Shown piece after piece: positions 25,564 to 38,170 of a stretch of DNA of 64,000 nucleotides. The position numbers and the translations under genes are program-made. Position 1 is the stretch's first letter. Every line of letters starts with the position of its first letter. This DNA is from Trichodelitschia bisporula (taxonomy: Eukaryota). The notes beneath the pieces were generated by a model that ran no database searches, was not told where the DNA came from, and was given only the letters and a program-made list of their open reading frames with translations. The stretch lies in contig ML996698.1 of the NCBI GenBank assembly GCA_010356995.1, positions 369,923 through 433,922 on the forward strand, given 5' to 3'.

Positions 25564-26497
25564 TGATGGCGCGGGGTATGAAGGAGTTCCTTCTGAGGCG
25601 GTAGCTGAGGGGGGCGCAAGGCGTCTGTGGCTTATCGACTTCCGGATATATTTTTTTTTCTGGCTTTTGGACGCATGTGGGAGGATAATGAAGGCACCAT
25701 TCAGGCACCATTCAGGCGTTGGTAATGGGAGAAATCTTCAGAAAAGCTCGGCTGGGTTATGTCTCTCATCGAGCAACAATCGTAGGTGTAGATCCGTACG
25801 GACTTGACTAAAGGCATCTGTGAGCATTCTGCCAGCCTTGTGAGCACAGTCCTTCGTTTCACTTGATGCTCCCAAAGTGTACTATCATAATGAACTGATT
25901 GGGGAACCAGGCCGAGGGTCTAGACTTCATGGCCTTGCTCAGTTGCGCCACTATTTGCGGTGTGGCTAACGGGCGCGGTCGTGGCGGATTGGTGTGGCTG
26001 CGGATGCTGGGGCTGGCCTTCAGGAACACCAAAACGTCTTGGAATGCACCTGACAACTTCAGTGAATTGTTGATGGCTTATTTCACATTTCACGACGTTT
26101 ATACTTATATTGACGCTGCAATGATATGCTCAAAATAACCATGCTTCATGACTTCCCGGCATATCGCCCAGAGTCTCCTTGAGACACGCACCAGCGCGAG
26201 AAGCTTCTTCACATCCACGCCTTACATCCCACGCATCCGTAGACCCCTGGTGTTTCTGGCGGCACGTGAAAATCACGTGTACCTCACGAACCTCCCACGC
26301 GAAGGACCGTGGAGTGAGACGCTTAAGAGGGACGCTCACAGAGACGCTCAAGGAGGGACGCTCAGAGACGCATACCCTTCGGCACTTACTCAGATACGCG
26401 TTCGAAAGTCTTCAACTGTTTACGAAGCGGACACCTCCACCTAGTAGAGTATGACACAACCTTCATCGACTTCAGCGCGACTACCCTAACCAGCAAA

Positions 26498-29400
26498 ATG
26501 ACAGCCACCGCCGACCCCGTCAAGATATGGTCCAGCTTCCTGGAGAGGTGTTTGAAAAACCGGATTCGGGTCGACCAGTTCGAGCGCCTCACTGAGGAAC
26601 TCTACAAGAGAACACCAATATTCCGGCGGACGCTTGCCGAACTGCTCTTGGACTGCCAGTCTCTCACAGGAAACATCGTCGATCCTCTCTTATTCACCTA
26701 TTGCGAATATCTGCTCGGCGTTTCTCGCATCGGTGCCGCCGACCTTCTTTCCGCCCTTTTCTTGCGGTCCCGCCAGCATGCCAACTCGCTTGCGGCTGAG
26801 GGCCAGCTTCCGTCGAAGCTCGTCTGCAGTCCGCCTGAGCTGGACCATATCATTCTGGACCAGCTGACCCGTGCCTTTGTTAGTGGAAAGCACCCGAAAA
26901 CGCGCGGCGAAGGGCTGTCAACGCTTAAAGTTCTTTCCCAATGGATGATGGCCATAACGAAGCCGAACGATCCACTGATGCCTGCGTTGGACCACCACTT
27001 TGTTCTTGTATGCGACGCCTTGGGCATGTTTGCCACCGCCATTGTGGAGAATCCGCGTATTTCCGGGTTCATTGATGCTGGAATACAGAAAGGTAGGCAC
27101 CCTTGATCGCTTTATGGCTCGGTGGGCTCACCGATTCTGTTCCAGATTTACGGAAAGATCTGTCACAAGCACTGTCATCATTCGTGGCTTACTGGGGCCA
27201 TGTATCTCCGCAACACCCGCAGAATGCCAACCGGCTTGACATGTCGCAGAAGCAACGAGGCCTCACTGATGAGGGGCTGGACGGCTCTTCTAGCCAGACA
27301 GCGCTTGATGTTGCAGCCGCGATACAAGTAGAGTCTGTTATCGATCTCCCTTCCATGTACACCCGCGCTGGTGTTTTCATATTTCTGAGCTCTTTGGTAC
27401 AAGTGCCCTTATCTTCATGCTAAGCATATCTAACATCACAGCTCTCGGCATATCCGTTGACTGACGACAGCATGATGCTGGGCTATCTCAGCATGAGGTA
27501 CAAGGTATTCAATCATGACTATCATATGATCAAAATCTAAATCTGGTCTAGGGAGACACACAACAGCTGGTCGTGGATCTCATTGTTGCTTCCTTCGACT
27601 TATTGCTCAGTGCTACTGAACGAAACGAATCTGGCCAAACAATTGATTCCCTCAAGTCATTTCTCATCAATAAGATTCCGGCTCTTCTTGTCAGCTTGAT
27701 GGGGTCTATGTATCCCAGTGTAACGCCAGAATTTTGCATCGCTCAGGCACTCCAGCACGTCGACCCCAACGCCTTTCCTCCTTTCTCCTCCGGCATGATC
27801 AGCAACAGCACCCTTCAGGAGGTCCGTCAAGAGTTCCTCTTTGCTTGTGTCTTGCATTCTCTGCTCCCCGCAGAAAACATCGACAGACTATTGGGAGAGA
27901 CCCCTCTTGCCTACCCGCCCAATCCTCACAGCCGCTATCTCAAGGAAGATTTGTTGCAACAATGCGCCAACGACCCGGGCAAGGTCATTCAGCTAATCAC
28001 GGAACTGGAAAAACTGGATGGGAATGCGGGAGCGATTGTGCATGCTGTTACAGAGGTATGTGGTTGTCAATGGTATTTTAGCCTCTAATGTCCTAGGTCA
28101 TTCGCAACTCCTGCGCTTCAAAAGACACCATGTCCCTCAAGTCAATATGCAATGCAATTACGGGCAAGCCGCCATTACTGGATCTTTTTCTCCAGTTTAC
28201 TTCACCTCCAAGCATACTGCAACCGCTTTGCCACGTGCTTGATACTTGGAGATACGAAGAGGATCAAGTCGAGTTCCAACCTGTATACGACGAGTTCGCA
28301 TCGGTATTTCTTCTCGTGCTCACTTTCATATATCGATATGACTTTACTCCGACTGAGTTGGGTATTAACCCAAGTTCATTTGTGGCCATTTTCCTCATCA
28401 ATGGTGACAGAGCCTTCCAAGTCGACGAGCTCAGCCAGGAACAAGCCAAGCACCTGACAAGCTGGACCCGGGGGCTCTTCGAGCCTGGACCACTTCCCGA
28501 TGATGTAACCGGATCCTGCCGCCCTCAGCAGTTTTATCAGATCGTGCCAACTCTGTTTGCACAAGCAGTAGTCGCGTATGCCGAGGGGGTGATTGACACT
28601 AAGGCGATGGACAGCGGACTCGAATGTAAGGTTGGCTTCTCGTACTTCCGCACGTTTCTAACATCCGCAGACATTCTTGAGCCCTTTCTGCTGCCTTCTC
28701 TTATCGGCATCATCCGTTGGATGATCACGTATATTTGGTCACATCCCAAGGCTGATACGGACGTCCTACTCCACATCTTACGCCGGGTCACTCGAATATC
28801 AACCCAGTCAGACCCAGATGTTCAGGCCATGCATGCCACAATTATGTCCATACTTTACCCAATGCTCTCACGATCCCTACATAACCTCACCCGCCGTCAT
28901 CCTGAGCGTCAGGACATCTCTCCCATTCTCAACACCCTAAAACCCTACTCTGACTTCCGCCGCAGCCGCTACGGCACCACTAACGAATGGCCCGGAAGCG
29001 GCAGTATCAACCTCAAGCACACACTCCACAACTCCTTCCAGGCCATGGTCATGTGGTCGACGCAAGCCACCATCCAAGCCGTCCAAAACCCCCCAAGCAC
29101 ATACGCCCACCGCCAATTCTGGATCGGCCAGCGCCTCCTCGGCGCTAAAGCCGTCTTGGGAATAATTCTCGATTGCATCAAGGCTCAGACAGAGGCCCAG
29201 AACGGCACTGCCGCCGCCATCGCCCTTGACGTTGCGGCCTCCCTCGTGTGCGCACCCACGCCGGAAGATACACCCATCCCAGTCAGGTGGCTCGGGTCAG
29301 TGGCGCCGGTACTCGGCGCGCGGCGTTCCGGCCGGATTAATCTAGCGGAGGCGCTGAAGGCGGAATTCGACGAGGCAGGCCGGCTTATGGGACACGATAC

Positions 29401-29770
29401 CGTGGCGGCGGAGACGGTGGTTCGGCTTTGGAAGCGGGTGGAGCAGCAGCTTGCTGCGCAAGCGCATGTGGGGCTTGTGGTTGATGCGGGCGTTGGCGTT
29501 GTCGAGGGTGATATGCTTGCGGGTATGGAGGTTGCGGCTGCGGCGGCAGTGGCGGCGGTGGGGCAGGTTGATGGGGCGGGTGATGTGGGTGACATGGTGG
29601 ATTATGGGGCGGTGCAGGGTGGGATGGATTTGGATGATGATGGGATGGGCATGGGCATGGGAGGGGATTCGAGTGTGAATGGCTTGATGCAGGGAGGGTT
29701 GACGGATGATGATATTTTCGGTGGTTTGGAATTGGGAGAGGGCATGGATTTGGATTACCCGTTCAACTGA
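26498..29770 (+). CDS. MED5: Mediator subunit Med5 (Nut1), 6 exons
   Basis: W..FL.RCL..RI N-terminus, TRAGVFIFL, DLIVASFDLL, LKSFLINKIP, W.YEEDQ.E.QPVYDEF, FLLPSLIG. Introns about 27092-27144, 27397-27441, 27505-27551, 28056-28096, 28626-28670. Confidence 0.9.
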
Positions 29771-30058
29771 AGGTGCTGTCCGCGAAGGACGCTCTAGTTG
29801 CTATTCAAATCGTTCGAGCACATCAATTTGGGTTGTTAGGAAGAACCTGGTATCTGATTTCTCCGCCGAAATCAATTCATGTCCACTGTTGCACCTCTCG
29901 TTGCATGGAGATGACCTTTACGTGTAAAGACAAGGGGCTACATCTCGGAAAGCCACCAACCCCGCAGCCAAATACTACGTATAGTCAACCAACTCGTCGA
30001 GCCCTGCCAGCCCGCAACGCTAGAGGCCGGAAAAAAAAGTCAAAAAAGATGAGGGCAT

Positions 30059-30150
30059 TGAACCCGACCCGACTTGAACGGATAACCTTCTGGAGACTAG
30101 TGTCATTCCATTGTCTGGAATCAGATGCGCTACCGTTGCGCCACGGGTCC
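30059..30150 (-). tRNA. tRNA-Trp(CCA) with intron
   Basis: Minus strand GGACCCG-TGGCGCAACGGTAGCGC-ATCTGATT[CCA]G, ~20-nt intron, then CCAGAAGGTTATCCGTTCAAGTCGGGTCGGGTTCA. Acceptor stem pairs, the intron's TGGAAT pairs with the anticodon loop, and T-runs follow as Pol III terminator. Confidence 0.92.
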
Positions 30151-30479
30151 GATGCGAGACCCCGGTGAGGGGGCTGGAAGATTTTGCGTCTGTTTCAAAA
30201 TTATAGGGCAAAACCAAAGCCGAAGTCGGCAGATGTTTTATGTCGGAATCGCAGAGGAGCCGGAAAAGACCATGTTTAGTTCAGGAGTCGGTCTCGCACG
30301 CAGAGACTACATACACCACTTTCCTTCTTTTCTTTTCCTTTCTTATTGTAGAAAGTGCTCATGGTGCTTGTTTGGATGGTCACACCAGCAATGGCCTCAA
30401 ACTCTTGCGTGTATTTTCTAAGTCTATGCGGACTATTGTACATGCACTGGACACACTTTCAAGTCAAAGTCAGAACCGC

Positions 30480-31329
30480 TCATCCGGCTTGCCTTGAAGA
30501 ATGACCTCCTAGCGTAACGATGTTCGTATATCTCTCATACTCCCATTTATGGTCAAGCACCCATTTCGATATGGCCTCGAAATCACGGCACTGCCTCGGC
30601 GGGCTATGATCAAACTCCAAATCCTTCCCCGTGCTAACCAAGGTCACATCGCCGTTGCACATGACCGCCTGCCGCAAATAGTCAACGCAGTGGAGCGTGT
30701 GGCGGGTCCATGGGTGCTGATCAGTGCGGTTGGGGTTGAGTTGGTACATGAACGGCGCGCTGATGATGTCCATACGGATGCGCTCCTGGCTCAGAGGTTA
30801 GCAAGCTTCCATAGCGAAATGGAAGGCCATATACCAGACAATGCAGCTGGTGGAACATATCGACCTGGAGAACGGTCTCGCCGTCGGCCGTGCGCTGCTT
30901 CGAGGTTGGAAGGCCGAGCTCAACAGCCCAGGCTGAGGGGGCGGAGATAAGACCATTGTTGCGATCACGCGTGATGTTCATCCAGTAGTCATTGGCAAGG
31001 TCGGTATTAAGGGCAAGCGCAAGATCAGACTTGTTGACACTGAAGGTCTGCGAGATGCTGTAAGAGAGAGGAAGGCCATCTGCAGTAGGTCAGTTGTGAT
31101 TAGTCCTCAAGTGTTTTTTGTGGGGAAACTTGCGTCCGTGGGGAAAAGGCGTGTGGGTGAGCCTCCATAAGCCATAACCAACTGAGAATACTAGCAAGTG
31201 AATAACTTCTATGTAGAATACAAGTCGAGGAAGAGACAGCCGCGACCGAGCGTGGCATAAAATTGGCTCAGCATCGGCATCAGCAGAGTGCAGTGGAGCG
31301 TATTTGGCGTCTCCGTTTCTGTGCATCAT
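30480..31329 (-). CDS. UstYa/DUF3328 family oxidase, 3 exons
   Basis: N-terminal membrane anchor, then VDMFHQLHCL and HTLHCVDYLRQAVMCNGDVTL (two HxxHC motifs) and RQCRDFEAI.KW. GC-AG intron 31080-31133 and GT-AG intron about 30786-30834. Confidence 0.9.
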
Positions 31330-31561
31330 GAGTGACGAGCATACCAGATAACCAGCGATCAGGAAGAAGTTGGCCGAAGAAGAAAGAGAGGATGGCGATA
31401 TAATCGGCGAGATGGATTTCAGAGGTGACCTGAAGCAATGCCAAGACGGGATCGCTTCGATGATCCACCGTGGATCATCACCAACTTGAAACATGAAAAG
31501 GCGGAGCAGTTACGGACGTACGCTCTAACAAACAAGCATTGGCCGTGCACTCAGAAGCGTT

Positions 31562-33010
31562 TCATTCAAGATCAGGTGACGCTGTGACCAGGCGATCTCT
31601 TTGGGTCATCACCCATTCTTCGCTAGCAAGTCCGTTCTCCTTGTCCCTAGCCAGCTTGACAGGATCCTTATGCCAGTCGCATGCGAAGTCGCAGGCGGGT
31701 GTAGCGGTATCGCCAAAGTATTCGTTTATGAGTTGGTGTCGACATTTGTTAGTGGTTTCGCAATATGTGATCAGAGCTTGCAAGCTCTTTGTGCGGCTCT
31801 CCATGTTACTCAGGGCGGCGGCGCCTGGTCGATTGCTTTCCTTCCTGGCATTGTCTCTGCTCAGCATCATGGCGGCGCGGTCGCGGTCTTCCCTTCCATA
31901 GTACAAGATGCAGGCGCTCGCCTTGCCATCTCGACCAGCACGACCAGCTTCTTGATAGAAGCCTTCAAAGCTTTTCGGGATCTGCCAATGGACCACAAAG
32001 CGTACGTCTTTCTTGTCGATGCCCATTCCGAAGGCTGTTGTGGCGACGATGACATCGTATCCCTGTAGCCCTTCTACCCATCTTTTCATGTTTTCGTCTT
32101 TCTCCTCGGCGGCGAGACCGGCGTGGTACGGCTTAGCACCGATCCCGTCCTCCCGAAGCCGAGAAGCAAGGGCTTCACAATCCTTCCGATAGAGGGTGTA
32201 GATAATTCCGCTGATGTTCTCCCTTTTGCCCACCGCATTCAACTGGGCTTTTCGGGTAGGCCCGGCTCGGCGGGCATGTACACCCTTCAGCCAGGTAACG
32301 AAGTTGTCATAGTGATCCTTTTCATCCTGTTTGAAGCGTACCTCAAAGTGTAAATTCGGACGGCTTGTGGTTGTTAAGAAAAGTTTCAAGCGCGACGCAT
32401 CTAAACCCAGCATGCTTATTATGTCATTGCGGACTACCGAGGTTGCCGTAGCTGTGCAGCATATGAGTGGAACGTCGGGGAATTCCTTCTTGAAGAAAGA
32501 GAGCTGCTGGAAAGCCGGTCGAAAGTCATGTCCCCATTCACTGATGCAGTGGGCCTCGTCAATTGCAATGCGCGCAAGTTCCCTCTGCTCGTATATGATG
32601 CGGAGCACCCTCCGGAAATGGTCCAAAGCGCATTGCTCCGGGGTAACGTAGAGAAGCCGTGTCTTTGGATGTCCGCATTGTAGGTCTGCCATGATATCCT
32701 TCCTATCATTTCGAGGAGTGTTGCCGTTGAGGGATTCGACCTTGATATTGGCCGCGCGGAGTGAGGCAATTTGGTTGTTCATAAGGGCCAAAAGCGGAGA
32801 TATCACTATTGTAATGCCGAAATCCACCACAGCGGGAAGTTGAAAGCATAGGCTCTTGCCAAAGGACGTGGCGGCCTGAAGGAAGATATCATCGCCGTTG
32901 AGGGCCGCTGTGATGACATCGCGTTGAAGTGGCCGAAATTCCGTTTTTCCGAAGACCTTTCGCAGAGTAAACTCGATATCGAAGTGACGAATCTTCTTTG
33001 GTACCGGCAT
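31562..33010 (-). CDS. Compact RecQ-family DNA helicase (RECQL5/RecQ2-like)
   Basis: LRKVFGKTEFRPLQ, ATSFGKSLCFQLPA, IAIDEAHCISEWGHDFRP, ATTAFGMGIDK, YQEAGRAGRDG and Zn-binding CRH...CDFACD. Confidence 0.93.
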   Translation of the reverse strand: MPVPKKIRHFDIEFTLRKVFGKTEFRPLQRDVITAALNGDDIFLQAATSFGKSLCFQLPAVVDFGITIVISPLLALMNNQIASLRAANIKVESLNGNTPRNDRKDIMADLQCGHPKTRLLYVTPEQCALDHFRRVLRIIYEQRELARIAIDEAHCISEWGHDFRPAFQQLSFFKKEFPDVPLICCTATATSVVRNDIISMLGLDASRLKLFLTTTSRPNLHFEVRFKQDEKDHYDNFVTWLKGVHARRAGPTRKAQLNAVGKRENISGIIYTLYRKDCEALASRLREDGIGAKPYHAGLAAEEKDENMKRWVEGLQGYDVIVATTAFGMGIDKKDVRFVVHWQIPKSFEGFYQEAGRAGRDGKASACILYYGREDRDRAAMMLSRDNARKESNRPGAAALSNMESRTKSLQALITYCETTNKCRHQLINEYFGDTATPACDFACDWHKDPVKLARDKENGLASEEWVMTQRDRLVTASPDLE

Positions 33011-33277
33011 TCTGAAACCCAGTGTATGCAGCGGACGCGATGCAGATGAGTCTACGGTGGAGCAGGAGGTATGCTTATTTGAGCTGCTCAACACAGGCCC
33101 GACTGGGTGCTGAAGCAACCAGGCCGTAAGGCCCAAGCACGTGATATTCTGGCGTAGTCGAAAGGCTGAAACGGGATATTCCACCGCAACTCGAGGGGCG
33201 TTCAGGCACTCTCAGAGTTCGAGAGCGAACGTCTTCGTAAGTTGGGTCACAGCTTAGTGTCCGATAACAGATTATAT

Positions 33278-35002
33278 TCAAGGCGAATCTGGTAGCTCTA
33301 GTAGCTCAGTTGCAAGTAACAAAGCCTTTATCGTGGGCTTCCACCTGCGAGAAATCTCCGCCCAGATGTCTAATGCCCGCTCGCGCTTGGTGCACCGGAT
33401 GAAAGCTTGAACCACACCTATGGCCAGGCCCTGGTCTATCCACACATCTTGCTGAGGATCATCACACGCTTGGATGAATTGCGCCCATATATCCTCCAGC
33501 TTAGATCTTTTCCAAGACGAATAGCGAATGCCGCCATGGATTCGAAAGCCCTTGAAGAGCCAGAAAAATGTGGATCCGTTAAGGGCAATATCCTTCGCCT
33601 GCATCTCGCTCATCAACTCTAAGATACGGTCGACGTTGCCAGACTCTGTGGCATGGTATCTGATGAATGATCTGTACGTGATCCAGTCCGGGGCTACGGG
33701 AGTTATGGGTTCGAACTGCTGCCGGGCCCCAGGGTTTTCCCGCCACTGGTTGGCAGCGACGGTCAGAAGCCGGTGGAACTGCCGCCTTTCGTGCCAGGTT
33801 CTCGGCGGGTGCAGAGCGGTTCGCTTCTCCTCATCGAGGGCCTTCATCCGTTCCAGGACCTGCTCCGCAGCGGGAAGTTCGCCGGCGTTCATCAATGAAG
33901 TGATGACGTTATTCAGGACCGAGGCGTCCACAATTTCTCCGGCTTCCACGAGGTCGGCATACGCTCGTCTAACACCATCCCCATCCCTCTGCAAGCCTTT
34001 GAAGTAGATCTGAGCCATCCTCGAGAACCGGTCCAGGGGCAGTCCGCGCCGCGCCGCCTCCTGCGTCAGTACTTCCGCAAGAGCATGCTTGCCGGATTTA
34101 ACAGCTATGTCGAATAGAATGGAGAAAGTGACATGGCTGCTTTGGACCCCGGCCTCCTTTTCCATCTCTTGCCATATCGAGAGCGCGGACTCGAGATCTA
34201 GGGACGAGCTCTCGCCCAAGCAATACCCGGCAAGGTGAATGGCAGTATTCCACTCCTTCTGCCGGATTGAGATGTTTGCTTCTTTCATGTCATCGAGAAC
34301 GGAAAGATAGCGCAAGCTGACGTGTTTTGTTTTTCGCGGAATGACTGACAGGCGAAAGAGAAGCCCCGTTAGAAGAGTTCGAGGTAGAGAGGCAGCACGT
34401 GGTACTGGTAGAGCTTGATACGCTTCAAAAATTTGGCTAGGGCGAGCGTCCTCGTTGCGGAGAAGACGTCGCAACCTAGTGAGTTCAATGGGAGCCAGGG
34501 GAGGTAAGGAGTCGGTATAATCCTGGATATCGCTAGAAAGGGATTCCTCACTGTCGAAGAAAACTCCTGAGTCAGAGAAAGGGGCCGGCCCGGACATATC
34601 CCCTTCGTGGTATATGTCAACCAAGCTCCTGAGTTCTTGCCGTGACATTCCCACTGATCGGACATCGGACTTGTCCTTGCAAGACGACAGTACTGCTGAA
34701 TCCGACAGTCTTCTCCTCTTAGTTTTCCTATGCGGAGCCAGAGCAACGGATGACCAGCCGCGGACGGAGTGCTTCGGACAGGTGCTAGCCCGTATCAGAG
34801 CTTGGATGAATATGCTTTCCATGGTAGGAGGGCGGAGTGCGTTCGTTATGTAGTGGCGGTAGTCCTGGCCGAAGCAGCGCCGATGCGCTTCCACGGGTCT
34901 TTGGACTGGTGAGGCGCGAAAATATGCGGTGAATGGCCTTGAGCCAAAGTTCAAGGTAGTCAGGCGGCACGTCGTCCTGTCCAGGGCGCGGTGGAGGGAC
35001 AT
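33278..35002 (-). CDS. Mitochondrial pentatricopeptide-repeat (PPR) protein
   Basis: Arg-rich presequence-like N-terminus and PPR-like helices (VTFSILFDIAVKSGK..LAE, VLNNVITSLMNAGELPAAEQVLERMK, PDWITYRSFI). Confidence 0.8.
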   Translation of the reverse strand: MSLHRALDRTTCRLTTLNFGSRPFTAYFRASPVQRPVEAHRRCFGQDYRHYITNALRPPTMESIFIQALIRASTCPKHSVRGWSSVALAPHRKTKRRRLSDSAVLSSCKDKSDVRSVGMSRQELRSLVDIYHEGDMSGPAPFSDSGVFFDSEESLSSDIQDYTDSLPPLAPIELTRLRRLLRNEDARPSQIFEAYQALPVPRAASLPRTLLTGLLFRLSVIPRKTKHVSLRYLSVLDDMKEANISIRQKEWNTAIHLAGYCLGESSSLDLESALSIWQEMEKEAGVQSSHVTFSILFDIAVKSGKHALAEVLTQEAARRGLPLDRFSRMAQIYFKGLQRDGDGVRRAYADLVEAGEIVDASVLNNVITSLMNAGELPAAEQVLERMKALDEEKRTALHPPRTWHERRQFHRLLTVAANQWRENPGARQQFEPITPVAPDWITYRSFIRYHATESGNVDRILELMSEMQAKDIALNGSTFFWLFKGFRIHGGIRYSSWKRSKLEDIWAQFIQACDDPQQDVWIDQGLAIGVVQAFIRCTKRERALDIWAEISRRWKPTIKALLLATELLELPDSP

Positions 35003-35397
35003 GAGATGTCGAGCATGTTGTCAAGAATGGTGGCGGGCGAGAGTGAAGTATGCGCAACCCATCCTAGGGTCATGCAATCGGGCAATCCATGCGCCGCTTT
35101 GGGGGGGGTATTCGGGGTAGGAAAGGAGGAGAGGTTGGTGAAGTTGAGCGGTTGGACGTCGCGAAGCTCAGATCTTTCCTGGGGCGAATGTCCACCCAAC
35201 CAACCGGAATTTTTCCGGACCGCGCATTTTGAAGCTTCGCCGGACCACACCCGACCGTTAGCATCCCGCGCACGGCGTAGCAGTAGTAACGCTGCATTTA
35301 AAATCCTGTATGTTCTCTCATTGCACCTCTGCGCATCCTTTCTGTTCCAAATGAACTAACCTCGAGTTGTCGCAGCTTTTCTGGCCTCTTTCTTACC

Positions 35398-36175
35398 ATG
35401 GGTCGCTACGACTTCCGGCCGCAACGCGTCTTCCAAACCGCATCGCAGCTCCTTGCAGTGGAACACAGCGCGCGAAGAGCAACGCCGCCGCCATGGTTCG
35501 ATATTGTAGCCAAAACCCCTCCGTCTCAAGTTCTCATCCGACCGCTGCAGCGGACACAGCCAGCGAGACGAGGCAGAAAGCCGAGCAGACTGTTCCAGCC
35601 AATGCCGATAGTCTACCCTGAGGACAAACTCCGCGCAGAATTCTTTGGAGACCACCCGTGGGAACTGGCCAGACCAAAGGTTGTGCTTGAAGGTGATGGG
35701 AACGACGCTATGCACTGGGACTGGAGCAGGATACAGCAACCCGGGAAGCGGTTAGACGGAGAAAGGCGAGCCTCACGCCATTTACGCTAGGTATCCCACT
35801 AATTCGCGCAGTGTTGTGCAACGGCAATTCTGGCTCATGCAGTACCAAGGACTTGGGAAGAATGAGGCATACGACAAGGCGAGGAAGGAGTTTTACAAAT
35901 ACCGACATCTGGAGGACATTGAAAGGCGCGTGGCAAATGAAGAAGCCCAGGCTACTGGTGCATACTTCGGCCCCGGCCCGTTAGAGTATGGTATGAAGCT
36001 GGAAGACAGAAAGTGGGAGGCGTGGAAAAAGTGGGCTACAAAGGAAATAGAACAGCGGAAGCAGCTCGAGAGCGCTGTATATTCGGGAAGCGAAACCGAC
36101 GAAGACAGCGTCGATGCGCCCGCGGATCCCGAGGCTCTTGGGGAGGAACCCGAGGAGCCCATAGCAGCTGTATGA
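35398..36175 (+). CDS. RSM25: Mitochondrial small ribosomal subunit protein mS23 (Rsm25), 2 exons
   Basis: MGRYDFRPQRV...PSRLFQP..IVYPEDKLRAEFFGDHPWELARPKVVLE...LDGESVVQRQ.WLM..AYDKARKEFY. GC-AG intron 35766-35811. Confidence 0.93.
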
Positions 36176-36236
36176 TACCGAACTCTAATGCAGTTTCTTC
36201 TGAAGCTCACTTTCCTCCATTCCACCAATTCCCGAC

Positions 36237-37395
36237 CTATGCCCCCTGCTCTCCTAGACCGAACATCCTGATGGAATTTGCCCACGCCCTATACGTATCA
36301 GCAAGTGGGAATGTAGACGACGAGGTTGTACATACGCGCTGCACACTTCTTGCACAGTTATGCCCTTGATGTTCGCGATGGCGTGTGCAACATGAGGAAT
36401 TGTCGCGGGCTCGTTCCGCCCTTTGATTATTGCCCCTGAGACCCATCTTTCCTTTTTTACAGCCTTGGGAAGCGGGGGGGCGTCTTTTAAGTATTGCGCC
36501 GACGCGTGTGAAGGCCGCATCTCGCACTGTAAGTCTCAGCAATTTGCGAAAAAAGGGGCCGGGCAGTCACAAACCCAGGGTCCATCCGTCTCTATCTGCA
36601 GTCTTTCTAGCGGAATTTGGCGTACCACTTCGATATTCTCCTCGGTTTTCATACTGCACCCGTTCACGCCGAGATCGAGCCCCATATCCACTATGCGCCC
36701 CATCTCCTCCAAAGTACCTGTGAAGCTGTGGACCAAGCCACCTTTCGGGAGCGAAGGAAGCCTAGGCAGTATCAGACGCTCAAAGTCATCGCTAGCCGCT
36801 CTCATGTGGAGGAACAGAGGTAACTGAACCTCAATAGCAAGATCCAGTTGTGCCTCAAAGTACTTGAGCTGCTGGTCTTTTGGGGTGAGAAATAGCCGGT
36901 CATAATCTAAACCAATCTCACCAAAGGCGACGGCCTGTCCTGATGCTTTAGCATCCAAGGCCAGCTTACGCAAAGCGTCGATCATGGCGGATGACCCTCC
37001 GGGATATGTGTCGAAGTGCTTCGCTGAGCACGGGTGAACACCTACAGTGGCGTAACAAAGCCCAGCTTGGATGAGGTTAGCCTCAGATATGAAGGAAGCC
37101 TGATGTTGGAACTTACGATGCTGCTCAGCAAGCTCAAGGGCATGTTTGGACTCCTCGAGATCGGATCCAGTAATCATGAATTTCTCGCATCCAGCATCCT
37201 TCGCACGCTGCAAAACGCCTTCAAAGTCGTCCTCGTGAGCCTGCTTCCCGTGATAATTTCCGCGGAAGACTGGATCCCCAAGATTGATACCTACCAAGAT
37301 CTAGTCAGCGGGAATGGCCATCCTAGGGAAGGATCGCGCTAACCGATGTCGATGTACCTCAACTTCTGGCCACCGGTTGAAGAATTTTGAGCCAT
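36237..37395 (-). CDS. TatD-family DNase, 5 exons
   Basis: YIDIGINL.DPVFRG.YHGKQAH, ATVGVHPC, AFGEIGLDYDR, LPLFLHMR, LVHSFTG, IETDGPWCE, KGRNEP. Confidence 0.93.
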
Positions 37396-38170
37396 GGCTA
37401 CGGAGGAGATGATTCGCGGGTAGGATGACTTCGCTATCGAGTTTGGGAGACCAGGCCGAATGTTCACTAGGAGGGAGTTGCAGGGGGGCTTGATACGCGC
37501 AGAGCGGAGAATTTGCATTTACGGGATGTGTACGGGTACTGTAGAACTAGAAGGTGGTGTACTTCCAGGCTCAGCTACTTCGGTAAGTTTAGCACGGTTA
37601 GCTTGCAGACACCAGCGGGCACTCCGGAGTACAGTAAGTACCGAGCAATGTGTTGATACTATGCACTTCGCACTCCGATCAAATGATCACGGCAAGGCCG
37701 ATGTTGATTGCGTCTGGCGTCAACAACATTTGCTTTGCGGTTGGCAGGGTTGGCTTGTCGTTGTATGGAGGAGCTACCCCGCAGTTGCATGAGCTTCAGG
37801 ACCCCGCCGCATTTGTCTGCCAACTTCAGCTAATTTTACGGGTACTATCTAGAGGCGGAAAAGCCAAAATGACGGTCTTTTGGACCTCTAGGGCCATACA
37901 GAGAACACGAAACTGCGTTATGCACCTCGATGATGCAAAGCGGATGTTGCACATGAAATTCTGCCCAACCACCACCACATAACCCCCGCAGAGCTGAACG
38001 ATGCCTGTCGTCTGATCACTGCCAACTGTCTGGACCAAACCGCTCTTTCCAGTCACTCAAGCTGATATTTAGAGGTGGCGCTCCCCCCGCTGAAAAGCTG
38101 AAGGTCAACTCAGCTGAAAGATAAACGCTCCCTTTTGCTATCCCATACTTCATCCAACTCCCATCACATC

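Noticed and set aside
28626..28670. Stop-free, 3n-length introns (MED5; also SGO1, TatD and two in the VTC gene) that read through in the ORF track
   Set aside because: About five such cases among ~65 short introns is what chance predicts; no evidence of regulated retention.
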